From Turneriella sp. (GTDB lineage: Bacteria > Spirochaetota > Leptospiria > Turneriellales > Turneriellaceae): a stretch of 64,000 nucleotides of DNA. The position numbers were made by a program, and so were the translations under genes. Positions within the stretch are counted from its first letter, which is position 1, and every line of letters begins with the position of its first letter. The stretch spans positions 512,001 through 576,000 of the forward strand of contig CBDIID010000003.1 in NCBI GenBank assembly GCA_965279515.1. The letters run 5' to 3'. Positions 25,825-36,939 of this stretch are shown here, one piece after another. The notes beneath the pieces were generated by a model, which was not told the origin of the DNA, searched no databases, and saw only the letters and a list, made by a program, of their open reading frames with translations.

Positions 25825-26562
25825 ATGAAATCAGCGGACGCCATTTTTGCCAAAATCTCAGGGGAGAAAGCCCCGCGCCTCGCCGGTGTCATCGCGGCGA
25901 CCAGGGCCGCTTTTGCCGACGCGCAGGTCGTGTTCTCGTCCAGCATGTCGCTCGAAGACCAGGCCATCACCCATATAATCGCCACGGAAAAACTGCCGGT
26001 ACGCGTTTTCACGCTCGATACCGGTCGCCATTTTCCAGAGACCTACCGCACGCTCGAATCGACGCGCGAACGTTACGGCCTCGACATCGAAGTTTATTTC
26101 CCCGAAAATACTGCAGTAGAAAAGCTGATGCGCGCCAAGGGCGCTTACAGCTTTTACCAAAGCGTCGAAGCGCGGCAAGAATGCTGCGGCATCCGCAAAG
26201 TCGAGCCGCTGCACCGCGCTTTGAAGGCAGTTGGGCTGAGCAATGCGAAGCCGGCCGACCTGTGGATTACCGGCATCCGCCGCGTGCATTCCCCCGACCG
26301 CAAAAATCTGCCCTACTTTGAAATCGACCATACCAACAATATTGTCAAATTCCATCCATTGCTCGATTGGACTGACGCCGAGCTCAAGTCGTTCGTCTCC
26401 GAAAACAATATTCCCTATAACCGTCTGCAAGACAAAGGTTTCCTCTCAATCGGCTGCGAACCATGCACGCGCGCGGTAGCGCCGGGCGGCGACATGCGCT
26501 CCGGCCGCTGGTGGTGGGAAGATCCCGATAAAAAGGAATGTGGCCTCCACGTGCACAAATAA
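25825..26562 (+). CDS. cysH: APS reductase (Fe-S type CysH)
   Basis: LDTGRHF, ECCGIRKVEPL, SIGCEPCT, ECGLH. Confidence 0.93.
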   Translation: MKSADAIFAKISGEKAPRLAGVIAATRAAFADAQVVFSSSMSLEDQAITHIIATEKLPVRVFTLDTGRHFPETYRTLESTRERYGLDIEVYFPENTAVEKLMRAKGAYSFYQSVEARQECCGIRKVEPLHRALKAVGLSNAKPADLWITGIRRVHSPDRKNLPYFEIDHTNNIVKFHPLLDWTDAELKSFVSENNIPYNRLQDKGFLSIGCEPCTRAVAPGGDMRSGRWWWEDPDKKECGLHVHK

Positions 26563-27473
26563 TGACAATTTCCGCTGAGCAACGAACACACCTCGATTAT
26601 CTCGAGTCTGAGGCGGTGATGATTCTACGCGAAGTCGCCGGCCAGTTCGAGCGACCCGCCCTGCTTTTCTCCGGTGGTAAGGATTCGATTGCGATTGTAA
26701 AACTCGCCGAGAAGGCATTCCGCCCTGCAAAATTTCCCTTCCCATTAGTGCATGTCGATACGGGCCACAATTTTGATGAAGTCATAAAATACCGCGACGA
26801 CATGGTGAAGTCGATCGGCGAGCGGCTCATTGTTGCCAGCGTCGAGGATAGCATACGCCGCGGCACTGCAGCTGAAGAGAAGGGAAAATTCCCCAGCCGC
26901 AATGCGATTCAGGCTGTGACGTTGCTCGAAGCCATCGCCGAGCACCGCTTTGACTGCTGCATCGGCGGTGCGCGCCGCGACGAAGAAAAGGCGCGCGCAA
27001 AAGAACGCATTTTTTCGGTGCGCGACGAATTCGGCGGCTGGGATCCGAAAAACCAGCGCCCTGAACTCTGGCACCTCTACAACGGCAGCATCCACCACGG
27101 CGAGAACGTGCGCGTGTTTCCGCTCTCCAACTGGACAGAACTGGATGTCTGGCTTTACCTGAAGCGTGAGAGGGTCGAATTGCCTTCGATCTATTTTTCG
27201 CATGACCGGGAGATCATCCCTTACATGGGCCAGATTTTCCCCATATCGAAATTCGTCGCCGTCGACGCGGCCGATAAGCTTGAAATCAAAAAGGTGCGTT
27301 TCCGCACGGTGGGCGACATGACCTGTACTGCCGCGATGGAATCCGAAGCGTCCGACATCGACGCGATCATCGAAGAAGTCATGACGACACGCAGCGCCGA
27401 GCGCGGCGCCCGCCTCGACGACAAACGCAGCGAAGCCGCAATGGAAGAGCGCAAAAAGACAGGGTATTTCTAA
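26562..27473 (+). CDS. cysD: Sulfate adenylyltransferase subunit 2
   Basis: FSGGKDS, GGARRDEEKARAKER, RFRTVGD; TAATG overlap with cysH. Confidence 0.96.
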   Translation: MTISAEQRTHLDYLESEAVMILREVAGQFERPALLFSGGKDSIAIVKLAEKAFRPAKFPFPLVHVDTGHNFDEVIKYRDDMVKSIGERLIVASVEDSIRRGTAAEEKGKFPSRNAIQAVTLLEAIAEHRFDCCIGGARRDEEKARAKERIFSVRDEFGGWDPKNQRPELWHLYNGSIHHGENVRVFPLSNWTELDVWLYLKRERVELPSIYFSHDREIIPYMGQIFPISKFVAVDAADKLEIKKVRFRTVGDMTCTAAMESEASDIDAIIEEVMTTRSAERGARLDDKRSEAAMEERKKTGYF

Positions 27474-28726
27474 TGGATTTAATGCGCGTCTTTACCTGCG
27501 GCTCAGTCGACGACGGTAAGAGTACCCTCATCGGCCGCCTGCTCTACGATTCGAAATCGATCTTCCGTGAGCATCTGGACCACATTGAAGGTAAGGACCG
27601 CGTCGGCGACGGCGAGCTCAACCTCGCACTCCTCACCGACGGCCTCAAGGCTGAGCGCGAACAGGGCATCACGATCGACGTCGCCTACAAGTATTTCTCC
27701 ACACCGGTGCGCAAATTCATCATCGCGGATACACCGGGCCATGTACAATACACGCGCAACATGGTCACCGGGGCGTCCCTTGCCGACACGGCGATTATCC
27801 TCATCGATGCGCGCCAGGGTATCCTCGAGCAAACGCGCCGCCACAGTTTTATTTCACACCTGTTGCGTGTGCCCCACCTCATCGTCTGCGTCAATAAGAT
27901 GGATCTCGTCGGTTTCAGCGCCGAACGTTTTCAGGAAATTGAGCGGGATTTCCAGGTGATGGCGGCGAATCTTTCATTTAAGAAAACTACGCTCATTCCG
28001 ATTTCAGCGCTCAAGGGCGACAACATTGTAAATGCTTCCTCAGCGATGCCTTGGTATACAGGCAAACCGCTGCTCAAAATCCTGGAAGAAAGCGAGGTTT
28101 TGGGAAAAACCGCGCAGGGCACGCGCTTCACTGTCCAATACGTGCTGCGCCCGCAGTCGACTGACCTGCATGATTTCCGCGGCTTCGCCGGAGTTCTGCG
28201 TTCGGGTATACTCAAAACAGGCGACAAGATTACCGTCGAACCTGCCGGAACTGAAGCCACGATTACAGCATTACATTTTTCAGGTCGCAAAGTTTCTGAA
28301 GTTCTCGCAGGCGACTCGGCCGTTATCGAACTCGACCGCGATATTGACATCAGCCGCGGTGACATCTTTGTTAAGGCGGATGAAACACCGGCGAAGACAA
28401 CGTTAGTCAAAGCACAGCTCACGCACCTCGATACGCAGAATCTGAAACTCAATTACGCTTATTACCTGCTCTCCGGCACGCGCAAGGTCAAGGCGATGGT
28501 GAAGTCGATCGATAAGAAGCTCGATCTCGCCTCGCTCGAATTCAAGGCTACTGAAGGAGCACCTTCAATTCAGCTGAACGAGATCGCTGAAGTCACGATC
28601 AAAACTGCCGCCCCCCTGCTCTTCGACCGCTATGAGGATAACTGGACAACGGGCGCTGGCGTGCTCATCGATTCACAGACGAATATGACCTCAGCTGCAA
28701 TCATTCTGAAGGATGCGGCCGAATGA
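27473..28726 (+). CDS. cysN: Sulfate adenylyltransferase subunit 1 (no APS-kinase domain)
   Basis: CGSVDDGKSTLIGRLL, EREQGITIDVAY, DTPGH. Confidence 0.96.
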   Translation: MDLMRVFTCGSVDDGKSTLIGRLLYDSKSIFREHLDHIEGKDRVGDGELNLALLTDGLKAEREQGITIDVAYKYFSTPVRKFIIADTPGHVQYTRNMVTGASLADTAIILIDARQGILEQTRRHSFISHLLRVPHLIVCVNKMDLVGFSAERFQEIERDFQVMAANLSFKKTTLIPISALKGDNIVNASSAMPWYTGKPLLKILEESEVLGKTAQGTRFTVQYVLRPQSTDLHDFRGFAGVLRSGILKTGDKITVEPAGTEATITALHFSGRKVSEVLAGDSAVIELDRDIDISRGDIFVKADETPAKTTLVKAQLTHLDTQNLKLNYAYYLLSGTRKVKAMVKSIDKKLDLASLEFKATEGAPSIQLNEIAEVTIKTAAPLLFDRYEDNWTTGAGVLIDSQTNMTSAAIILKDAAE

Positions 28727-29481
28727 CAGGCTCTGTCACCATCGCGGGTGCAGGCCCCGGCGAACTCGACCATTTGACGGTAGCGGTCCTCAAGGCGATC
28801 CGCGCGGCGGATGTCATTCTCTACGACGCTTTAATTCAGCCGTCCATCATCGCTGAGTTCCCCGCTGCAGCAGAAAAAATCTTTGTCGGCAAGCGCTGCG
28901 GCAACCATGCGTATACACAAACCATGATCGTCAGCGCAATGATTGAAAATGCCCTGATGGGTAAAAATGTGTTGCGCCTCAAAGGGGGAGATCCCTCTGT
29001 CTTTGCCCATCTCGCGAGTGAACTTACGGCACTCGAGAAACTCGAAATACCTGTCAAAATTCTGCCTGGCGTCAGCGCCATGCTGACGGCTGCGGCAGAG
29101 CTCAAGGTGCCGCTGACGACGCGCGAAACCAACCGCCATATCTGGGTCACCGACGGCCATTCATCAGAACTCGAAAAATACGGCGAACAGATGGCGGCCT
29201 TTCCCGGAACTTTGGTTTTTTACATGGGTGCGGGCAGAACTGTTGAAATTACCTCACTCCTCATGTCATGGGGTATGCCCGAAAACAAAGCGGCGGCGCT
29301 CATTGAAAATGCCGGCGGAGAGAATGCGGTGCTCGCCCGTGGCACGGTCAGCGATTTTGCTTCGGAAAATCTTTGCCGTACAACCGAAGGGCCCGGCATC
29401 TTCCTGATCGGCGATGCGATCGCCCTTCCCGGCGCTGCAAGCGAAGCCGACGAATTCAAGGGCCATGCTGTTGCCCCTTAG
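28723..29481 (+). CDS. cobA: Uroporphyrinogen-III C-methyltransferase
   Basis: GAGPG, DVILYDAL, VGKRCG, RLKGGDPSVF. Confidence 0.9.
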   Translation: MTGSVTIAGAGPGELDHLTVAVLKAIRAADVILYDALIQPSIIAEFPAAAEKIFVGKRCGNHAYTQTMIVSAMIENALMGKNVLRLKGGDPSVFAHLASELTALEKLEIPVKILPGVSAMLTAAAELKVPLTTRETNRHIWVTDGHSSELEKYGEQMAAFPGTLVFYMGAGRTVEITSLLMSWGMPENKAAALIENAGGENAVLARGTVSDFASENLCRTTEGPGIFLIGDAIALPGAASEADEFKGHAVAP

Positions 29482-30061
29482 TTTTGACCTGACCGACAAG
29501 AAGATACTGCTCGTGGGTGGCGGCAGGGCGGCGCTGGAAAAATTCGCCCAGCTCTCACGCACCCCGGCCCAGCTCATGATCATTTCACCGGTATTTAATT
29601 CTGATATGGAATCGGCGCTTATCGGACAGCATGCCGCCCACATCACAGTGGAAAGGCGGCCCTTTCACGCCGGCGACATTGCGGATTGTTTTATGGTATT
29701 TACGGCCGTCGATGACCGCGCTGTTTCTAAACAGATCTACGATCTCTGCAAGGCACAGAAAATCCTCATCAATAGCGCGGACGACAAGGAATACTGCGAT
29801 TTTTACACCAATGCAGTCATCGAGCGCGGCAGCGTGCAGCTATCGGTCTCGACGGGGGGCCGTTTTGCTGGCCTGGCGGCAATTCTGCGCCGCCATCTCG
29901 AAAGCCTTTTCCCGGCCGAACTCGATGCAGACTGGGAAAAGGTCTTCGCACTCCGCGAACGCGCGGTGGCTTTACAGAGTGTTACTGAAAAAAAATCCGT
30001 CATAACGAACATAGTTCAGGAAATCGAAGCGCGGTATTTTAAAAAAGAGGAAACAAAATGA
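29465..30061 (+). CDS. Precorrin-2 dehydrogenase/ferrochelatase (SirC/Met8-like)
   Basis: LLVGGGRAALEK, NSADD...CDFY, VSTGG; start moved to MLLPLS. Confidence 0.88.
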   Translation: MLLPLSFDLTDKKILLVGGGRAALEKFAQLSRTPAQLMIISPVFNSDMESALIGQHAAHITVERRPFHAGDIADCFMVFTAVDDRAVSKQIYDLCKAQKILINSADDKEYCDFYTNAVIERGSVQLSVSTGGRFAGLAAILRRHLESLFPAELDADWEKVFALRERAVALQSVTEKKSVITNIVQEIEARYFKKEETK

Positions 30062-31743
30062 GCGAGGCAAAGACAGAGTTATCTGAGGTTGAAGGCATTA
30101 AGGATGCTTCCGAAGGCCTGCGCGGCGGCATACAAGCGGGCCTCACCGACGGTACAGATAAGTTCAGCGAAGACGACAAACAGCTGCTCAAATTCCACGG
30201 CCTCTACCAGCAAAAGGACCGCGATAAAAAAGAAGAAGGCGCGCCTGAAAAAATCAACACCTTCATGCTGCGCGGCCGCATTCCCGGCGGTCGCCTGACC
30301 GCTGAACAATATCTTGCCTGGGATTATCTCGGCGAACGTTTCGGCGGCGGCGCGCTGCGCCTCACGACCCGCCAGTCGGTGCAGCTGCACGGCCTGGTAA
30401 AAGCTGACCTCAAAGATGTGATGCAGGAAATCCACCGCGTGGGACTCACTTCCTTGGGTGCCTGTGGCGACGTGGTGCGTAATGTCACCGAGGCCCTCAA
30501 CATCACCGGTAATCCGCTCTACAGCCAGCTCAGCTATTTTTCGCAGTTGTTATCCGACTATTTTAAATTCGAATCCACCTCGTATGTAGAGATCTGGCTC
30601 GACGACGTGCAACAGAACCCTGTCAAACAAGAACGCATCTACGGCAAAACCTACCTGCCGCGCAAGTTTAAGATCGCCGTCTGCCTGGCTGGCGAGAACG
30701 GCATCGATCTCTATGCCAACGACATGGGCTTTGCGGCGACGCATACCAATGGCAAAGTCGACGGCTTCTTTGTGTTTGTCGGCGGCGGCGGCGGCATGAC
30801 GCACAACAAACCCGAAACATTCCCACGCGCAGCAGACCTATTGGGATGGATTCCCGTGGATGCGCTTTTGCCGATCTCTACCGCAATCGTCACCGCGCAC
30901 CGCGATTTTGGCGACCGCACAAACCGCAAACATGCCCGCCTGAAATACGTGCTCGCCGACCGCGGTGTCGATTGGTTCCGCAATGAAGTCGAAAGCCGCG
31001 CCGCCATAAAGTTCAACACCGAGCGCGCGCTGCCGACATGGAAAATCCCCGAATACCACGGCTTCATCAAAAAGGCCGACGGTAAATATAATTTCGGTCT
31101 CTATATCATGAACGGCCGCATCAAGGACATCCCCGGTTACCGCCTGAAGACAGCGATTCAGCTCGTCGTGGCGCGGCTGGGTGTTTCTGTTCAACTAACC
31201 CCCGACCAGGATATGCTGTTTCTCGACATGGACGAAAAGCAGCGGCAAGAACTTGTGCACATCTTCAAGGCGCACGGCATCAACACCAACCGTCCGAACG
31301 CACTGTACCGCCGCGCACTCGCCTGTGTGTCGCTGCCGACCTGCGCGCTCGCGCTCACTGAAAGCGAACGGTATTTCCCGCACGTGATACGCGATATCAA
31401 CCGCCTGGTCGAAAAGCACAACCTCATGGACCGCGCACCGCTCGTGCGTATGACGGGTTGTCCCAACGGCTGCGGTCGCCCTTACTCGGCTGAGATCGGC
31501 ATCGTCGGCCAGCAGAACGGCGGCAAGTACGCGATCTTTCTCGGCGGCAACCACCGCGGCACCAAGGTCGGTGAGGCTGTACTGCAGAAGGTGCTGATGA
31601 CCGATCTGCCCGCGCACCTCGACAAGGCTTTCGCATTTTGGGCTAACGAAGGGCAACCCAAAGAACATTTTGGCGACTTTGTGAACCGCGTGGGTTTAGA
31701 TCGCGTACGCTCGCTCCTGGCACCGCCCGCCGAAGTGAACTAG
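30058..31743 (+). CDS. cysI: Assimilatory sulfite reductase hemoprotein
   Basis: LKFHGLYQQ, RLTTRQ, GACGDVVRN, ACVSLPTC, TGCPNGC. Confidence 0.93.
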   Translation: MSEAKTELSEVEGIKDASEGLRGGIQAGLTDGTDKFSEDDKQLLKFHGLYQQKDRDKKEEGAPEKINTFMLRGRIPGGRLTAEQYLAWDYLGERFGGGALRLTTRQSVQLHGLVKADLKDVMQEIHRVGLTSLGACGDVVRNVTEALNITGNPLYSQLSYFSQLLSDYFKFESTSYVEIWLDDVQQNPVKQERIYGKTYLPRKFKIAVCLAGENGIDLYANDMGFAATHTNGKVDGFFVFVGGGGGMTHNKPETFPRAADLLGWIPVDALLPISTAIVTAHRDFGDRTNRKHARLKYVLADRGVDWFRNEVESRAAIKFNTERALPTWKIPEYHGFIKKADGKYNFGLYIMNGRIKDIPGYRLKTAIQLVVARLGVSVQLTPDQDMLFLDMDEKQRQELVHIFKAHGINTNRPNALYRRALACVSLPTCALALTESERYFPHVIRDINRLVEKHNLMDRAPLVRMTGCPNGCGRPYSAEIGIVGQQNGGKYAIFLGGNHRGTKVGEAVLQKVLMTDLPAHLDKAFAFWANEGQPKEHFGDFVNRVGLDRVRSLLAPPAEVN

Positions 31744-31764
31744 CCTCTCGTAATTAAGAAAACT

Positions 31765-31858
31765 CCGCAAGTAACGCAAAGGGCGCAAAGTTTCGCGAAG
31801 TCAAGAGAGGCAATAAAACCAAGTTGACCTTCTTTGCGTAACTTTGCGTACTTTGCGG
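31765..31858. repeat. 9-10-bp-period palindromic repeat (CGCAAAG / CTTTGCG units)
   Basis: Four CGC(A/G)AAG-like units, then three CTTTGCG units, between convergent genes. Confidence 0.75.
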
Positions 31859-31887
31859 TGAATATTGCGATCCATTAATTACAGTCT

Positions 31888-33522
31888 CTAAATTTTCTTT
31901 GGCGCCGCAGCGGCTTCGTGCTCGACCGGCAAGGCAATCGTGAAGCGGGTGCGGCCGGGTTTGCTGGCAAAGGCAAGGATGCCGTGGTGTTTTAATACCA
32001 CATTGCGGATGATCCCCAGACCCAGCCCTGTGCCTTCGCCCGGAGCCTTGGTCGTGAAGAACGGGTCGAAGATCTTATTTTGCAGATCCTGCGGTATGCC
32101 CGGGCCCGAGTCCTGGAGCGTGATCAGTACATAGCGGTTTTCTTTTTTGTTACCCAGCGCTTCCTCGAGCTTATTGTCATCCTGCACATTCTTGGCGTCG
32201 AGCACCGCGTCGATCGAACGCTCACGGATATAGATGTCGATGTTCCCCTTTCCCTCCATCGCATGCACTGAGTTGACAATCAAATTGCTGTAAATCTGGT
32301 TGAGCTCGCCTGGATTGCAGGTGATCTTGGAAACATCCTCAAAATGCCGGTTAACCTGAACGCCGTGTTTCATCTGGTTATGGAAGACGGTAATGGTATT
32401 TTCTACACCATCGCGCACATCGATATTCTCGGCCTCTGCCTGGTCGCGGTGCGAATAGTGTTTGAGAGCCTTTACAATACTCAGGATCGATGACAGCGCA
32501 AACCGCATGTTGCGCATGTTCTTGTCGATATTGACGAGCGCGCGGAAAATCTGGAATTCCTGGTCAGAAGCCGTGGCGGCAACATGGATGACGGCTTCAT
32601 CGTCATGCAGCCCCAGATCGAGCAGGAAATCCGCGCGGGCGCGCGCATCGTTTTCCGTCAGGCTACCCGAAGCCAGCTTCTGTACGAGCTTTCGCCCCAT
32701 GGAAAATTTATCCGTGGCGCTCAGCGTGGGCGTGTCTTTGCGCTCGCGCACGCGCGAGGCTTCGGTTAAGAGCCGGCGCATCGGTTCCGGCGGAATGCGA
32801 TCCTGCACAATCTCACCGATGATGAGCTGCAGGTTGTTATTCAAATTTTCCGTCGCGCCGTTTACAATCGACGTCGGCGTGTTGATCTCATGAGCGATGC
32901 CGGCGACCATCACCCCTAAACTCGCCATTTTTTCCTGCTGGATCAGCTGCGCCTGCGCGTTCTGCAGTTCGCTGGTACGTTCCTTGACCTTTTCTTCAAG
33001 GTGGTAAAGCATCGCATGCAGGCGTTCATAGAGCGCGGCGTTTGAGAGAGATACCGTGGTGATATCGCGGATCTCCAAAAGGAAGCGGAGCTCTTTTTTG
33101 GTATAGGGACGGCCGCCTTCACGGCCTACCAGGTACAGAAGCGCCAGTACCGATTTATTGAGGTTAAATGGTACGAGAATTTCGGCGCCTGTCGTATTAA
33201 AAAAATCCAGCGCCGCCTCGCGCACACCGGTAAACTTTTTACTGTGCTCAAAATCATGGCGGCTGAAGATACGGTCCTGGTCGCCGAGCCAGAGCATAAA
33301 ATCGTCGAAGATACGAAATTTCAGTTTTTCGCTGCGATCGGCGGGCTTTACGGGAATGAAAGCCCCCGCGGCATCGTTCCAGTAGAGCACGATCGAACTC
33401 GTATCGGTAAAGATTTCATCGATCAGCTCTTGCACCCGCGCGATCGCGTCTTCGATATTCAGGAGCGAGATAATGCTCTTCTGGTACTGGCGGCGTTTAA
33501 GCGAAAGCGAGCTGTTTCTCAT
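31888..33522 (-). CDS. GAF-domain sensor histidine kinase
   Basis: QEKMASLG...AHEINTP, ELNQIYSNLIVN, DSGPGI, FFTTKAPGEGTGLGL. Confidence 0.93.
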   Translation of the reverse strand: MRNSSLSLKRRQYQKSIISLLNIEDAIARVQELIDEIFTDTSSIVLYWNDAAGAFIPVKPADRSEKLKFRIFDDFMLWLGDQDRIFSRHDFEHSKKFTGVREAALDFFNTTGAEILVPFNLNKSVLALLYLVGREGGRPYTKKELRFLLEIRDITTVSLSNAALYERLHAMLYHLEEKVKERTSELQNAQAQLIQQEKMASLGVMVAGIAHEINTPTSIVNGATENLNNNLQLIIGEIVQDRIPPEPMRRLLTEASRVRERKDTPTLSATDKFSMGRKLVQKLASGSLTENDARARADFLLDLGLHDDEAVIHVAATASDQEFQIFRALVNIDKNMRNMRFALSSILSIVKALKHYSHRDQAEAENIDVRDGVENTITVFHNQMKHGVQVNRHFEDVSKITCNPGELNQIYSNLIVNSVHAMEGKGNIDIYIRERSIDAVLDAKNVQDDNKLEEALGNKKENRYVLITLQDSGPGIPQDLQNKIFDPFFTTKAPGEGTGLGLGIIRNVVLKHHGILAFASKPGRTRFTIALPVEHEAAAAPKKI

Positions 33523-33560
33523 AAGTTTTTGCGGTTTCTCACCGCTAAGCTGCGGCGGCC

Positions 33561-34424
33561 TCAGGACTTCTTGAGCTTCTTCGCTTCGAGTGCTGCGGAA
33601 AGGCGTTCCAGCGTTTCAAACGCTTTCGTCGGGTCGCCGTCGAAAAACTGCAATAGCGAGAGATCGAGCATGTCCTTGGCCGTCTTGCGCTCTTTGACCT
33701 CGATTGTCTCTCTCTTTTTATGAATCGTCTTCTTCTTCTCTTGCGGCACCTGCTCCCTAAGTGTCGCATAAAAAGCCTTGAGTTCGGGGTCACGTGCCGC
33801 GAGCTTTTTGAAGCCGACACTCGCCTGCCTGAGGTCACCACCCGAGAGGTTGATCTTCGCCGACAGGCCCAAAAGAACCTTGTCATCCGGATTTTTACTG
33901 AGCAGGATATTCACCGCCCGAAGGGCGAGCTCGGGACGATCGGTATGGAAATACAGCAGCGCCAGGGCTGTCTGCGCCTGAACATTCTGGGGATCTATTT
34001 TAAGCGCGTTGCGTATCGATATTTCAGACTTGTCGTTGCGCCCGGTTTTCCCGAAAACATAGCCCAGGAGCAGATGCGCGTTGAGATAGCGCGAGTCGAG
34101 TTTCAGGACAGATTTGAGAGCTTTTTCCGCCGCGCTGAAATCGCCCTTCTTGTAGTATTCTACCGAGAGGTTATAGTGAGCCCGGACATCGTTTTTCGAA
34201 ACAAGGGCACGTTGGTAGCAGACAATCGCCTTATCACCCCGCCCCTGTCGCGTATATATCGCTCCTGCGTTCAGCCATGCATCGAAAAAATTCTGGTCGA
34301 TCTGCAATGCCATTTTGTATTTCTCCAGAGCGGCTTTGATATCACCTTTTTTTTCGGCCGCCAGCGCTTGCTCGAAAAGCAGGTTGCGCGAACCCTTCGT
34401 ACGTGCATTTTGCTTTTCGGACAT
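33561..34424 (-). CDS. TPR protein
   Basis: Repeated AWLNAG/AHYNL/AHLLLG TPR units. Confidence 0.85.
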   Translation of the reverse strand: MSEKQNARTKGSRNLLFEQALAAEKKGDIKAALEKYKMALQIDQNFFDAWLNAGAIYTRQGRGDKAIVCYQRALVSKNDVRAHYNLSVEYYKKGDFSAAEKALKSVLKLDSRYLNAHLLLGYVFGKTGRNDKSEISIRNALKIDPQNVQAQTALALLYFHTDRPELALRAVNILLSKNPDDKVLLGLSAKINLSGGDLRQASVGFKKLAARDPELKAFYATLREQVPQEKKKTIHKKRETIEVKERKTAKDMLDLSLLQFFDGDPTKAFETLERLSAALEAKKLKKS

Positions 34425-34543
34425 TCTTCCTTATAATTTCGGCTGATTTTACCGTTTTCGCGGAGCAAAAAAATCCATGCCACCTGAGACCTCAGCCCGC
34501 TTTAGTGATTTACCCGATGCCTCGCGTTCCGGCTCCTCCGTCC

Positions 34544-35743
34544 ATGCCACTACCCTCGATTGAGCAGGTTGACGTTTCCGGAAAGAAAATCCTGCTGCGC
34601 GTCGATTTTAACGTACCGCTCGATAAGGCCACGGGTGCTATCAGCGACGATACGCGCATGGTCAAAAGCCTGCCCACTATTGAACTTTTGCTCTCGCGCG
34701 GCGCGGCGCTCGTCATCGTTTCACACCTCGGCCGCCCCGAGCGCAAGGGTGACCCTGCGCTTTCGCTGAAAAACGTCGCCGCCCATCTCGGCAAACTTTT
34801 GCCCGGCCGAACTGTCCACTTTGCCTCAGAAGCCGTCGGATCTATCCCTGAGGAACTCGCATCAAAACTCAAGGCCGGTGAAATCCTGGTTCTCGAAAAC
34901 ATCCGCTACTACGACGAAGAGACTTCTAAAGAAGAAAAAGTGCGCATGGATTTCGCCAAGAAGCTCTGTAAGCTCGCTGATATTTACGTCAATGACGCCT
35001 TTGGCGCTGCACACCGCGCGCATGCATCGATCTATGAGTGCGCGAAAATTCTGCCCGGTTATGCAGGCCTGCTTCTCAAGAAAGAAATCGATGTGCTCGA
35101 ACGCCTGATTACGAACCCGGCGCGGCCGTTTGTCGCCGTGATTGGCGGCTCGAAGGTCTCTTCAAAACTTGCCGTCCTCGAAAACCTCGTGCTCAAGGCT
35201 GACAGCATTCTCATCGGTGGCGCCATGGCATATACGTTTCTCAAATCACGCCTGATCGAGGTCGGTACCTCGCTCGTGGAAAAAGAGTATTTAAGCCAGG
35301 CCTTCCAGATCATCGACAAGGCATCGTATAATAAGCATGAGCTGGTTTTGCCCGAAGACCATATTGTCTCGTCAGAATTTGGCGAAAAAGGCAAAATCAA
35401 GACCGTGAAACGCTCTATCCCCGAAGGCTTTATGGGCATGGATATCGGCCCAAAAACGGCCGATCACTATGCCAAGATTATCAAGAACGCTAAAACCGTA
35501 CTTTGGAATGGCCCGATGGGGGTCTTCGAAATGAAGAAGTTTTCTGCCGGTACCTATGCCATTGCCAAGGCCATGGCGAAGGTCAAGGGCTCGACGATTG
35601 TGGGTGGCGGCGATTCAATCTTCGCCCTCAGCCAATCGGGCCTCGAAGACAAGATGACGCATGTTTCGACCGGCGGCGGCGCGACGCTCGAATACCTCGA
35701 AGGCAAAAAGCTCCCGGGCGTTGTCGCTCTGCAGAAACCGTAA
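34544..35743 (+). CDS. pgk: Phosphoglycerate kinase
   Basis: [40 protein letters not shown]; start 34517 or 34544. Confidence 0.97.
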   Translation: MPLPSIEQVDVSGKKILLRVDFNVPLDKATGAISDDTRMVKSLPTIELLLSRGAALVIVSHLGRPERKGDPALSLKNVAAHLGKLLPGRTVHFASEAVGSIPEELASKLKAGEILVLENIRYYDEETSKEEKVRMDFAKKLCKLADIYVNDAFGAAHRAHASIYECAKILPGYAGLLLKKEIDVLERLITNPARPFVAVIGGSKVSSKLAVLENLVLKADSILIGGAMAYTFLKSRLIEVGTSLVEKEYLSQAFQIIDKASYNKHELVLPEDHIVSSEFGEKGKIKTVKRSIPEGFMGMDIGPKTADHYAKIIKNAKTVLWNGPMGVFEMKKFSAGTYAIAKAMAKVKGSTIVGGGDSIFALSQSGLEDKMTHVSTGGGATLEYLEGKKLPGVVALQKP

Positions 35744-35758
35744 CATGACCGCTTTTCT

Positions 35759-36934
35759 ATGATCGATTGGTCACAGAAACTCTCCCCTGTCGTCCAGTCG
35801 CTGAAACCTTCGGGCATACGCGAATTTTTCGACATCGTCGCAACGCGTAAGGATTGTATCAGTCTCGGCGTCGGCGAACCCGATTTTGTCACGCCACAGA
35901 TCGTTATCGACCACGCGATTCAGGCACTGCGCGACGGGTATACGCATTACACAGGCAACGCAGGACTTCTGTCACTGCGCCGTGAAATTGCCAAATATCT
36001 CGAAAAAGAATACGGCCTCAGTTATAATCCTGAAAAAGAAATTCTGATCACGGTCGGCGTATCGCAGGCCGTCGATCTTGCCTTCCGTGCGCTACTGACA
36101 CAGGGTGATGGAGTGCTCTATCCCGAACCATGTTATGTATCGTATGATCCGATGATTCGGCTTGCGGGCGGTGTGCCGCAAAGAGTCAATGCAACGGCAG
36201 AGAATGATTTTTCCCCCAAAGCGAAGAGCATCCGCGAAGAGATTGATTCGGTTTCGGCAAAATCTAAAGTGCTGTTCCTCAATTATCCATCCAACCCGAC
36301 AGGGGCTTCGATCGGCAAGGAAGAGCTCCACAACATCGCGGCGCTTGCCACCGAAAAAAATCTGGTGGTTATCTCGGACGAAATTTACGGTGAACTCTCG
36401 TACGAAGAAAAACATATTCCATTCGCGACATTGCCTGGTATGCGCGAGCGCACGCTGCTCCTGGGCGGTTTCTCTAAGGCCTTTGCCATGACGGGCTGGC
36501 GCATCGGTTATGCCTGCGGCGATGAAAACCTCATCAAGGCGATGACGAAGATTCACCAGTATTCGATGTTATGCGCGCCGACGATCGGGCAGATCGCCGC
36601 CGAAACCGCGCTCAAATATGCGATCCCTGAGCGCGATAAAATGAAAGACGAATACCGCCTGCGCCGTAACCTGATCGTGAAGGGTTTTAATGAGATGGGG
36701 CTGAACTGTTTTATGCCGCAGGGCGCGTTCTACGTATTCCCGGATATCCGCTCGACGGGAAAAAACTCAATGCAGTTCGCAAAAGAGCTGCTCGAGGCGC
36801 AGAACGTCGCCGTTGTGCCCGGCACGGCTTTCGGCGATTCCGGCGAAGGGTTTATCCGCTGCTCGTATGCGACGGCGCGCCGTGAAATTGAAAGCGCGCT
36901 GACGAAAATCAGCGCGTTCGTGAAAAATAAATAA
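35759..36934 (+). CDS. Class I/II PLP-dependent aminotransferase
   Basis: [34 protein letters not shown]. Confidence 0.93.
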   Translation: MIDWSQKLSPVVQSLKPSGIREFFDIVATRKDCISLGVGEPDFVTPQIVIDHAIQALRDGYTHYTGNAGLLSLRREIAKYLEKEYGLSYNPEKEILITVGVSQAVDLAFRALLTQGDGVLYPEPCYVSYDPMIRLAGGVPQRVNATAENDFSPKAKSIREEIDSVSAKSKVLFLNYPSNPTGASIGKEELHNIAALATEKNLVVISDEIYGELSYEEKHIPFATLPGMRERTLLLGGFSKAFAMTGWRIGYACGDENLIKAMTKIHQYSMLCAPTIGQIAAETALKYAIPERDKMKDEYRLRRNLIVKGFNEMGLNCFMPQGAFYVFPDIRSTGKNSMQFAKELLEAQNVAVVPGTAFGDSGEGFIRCSYATARREIESALTKISAFVKNK

Positions 36935-36939
36935 GAGTT

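Noticed and set aside
31765..31858. CRISPR array
   Set aside because: Units are 7-10 bp with no unique spacers and are arranged as an inverted repeat.
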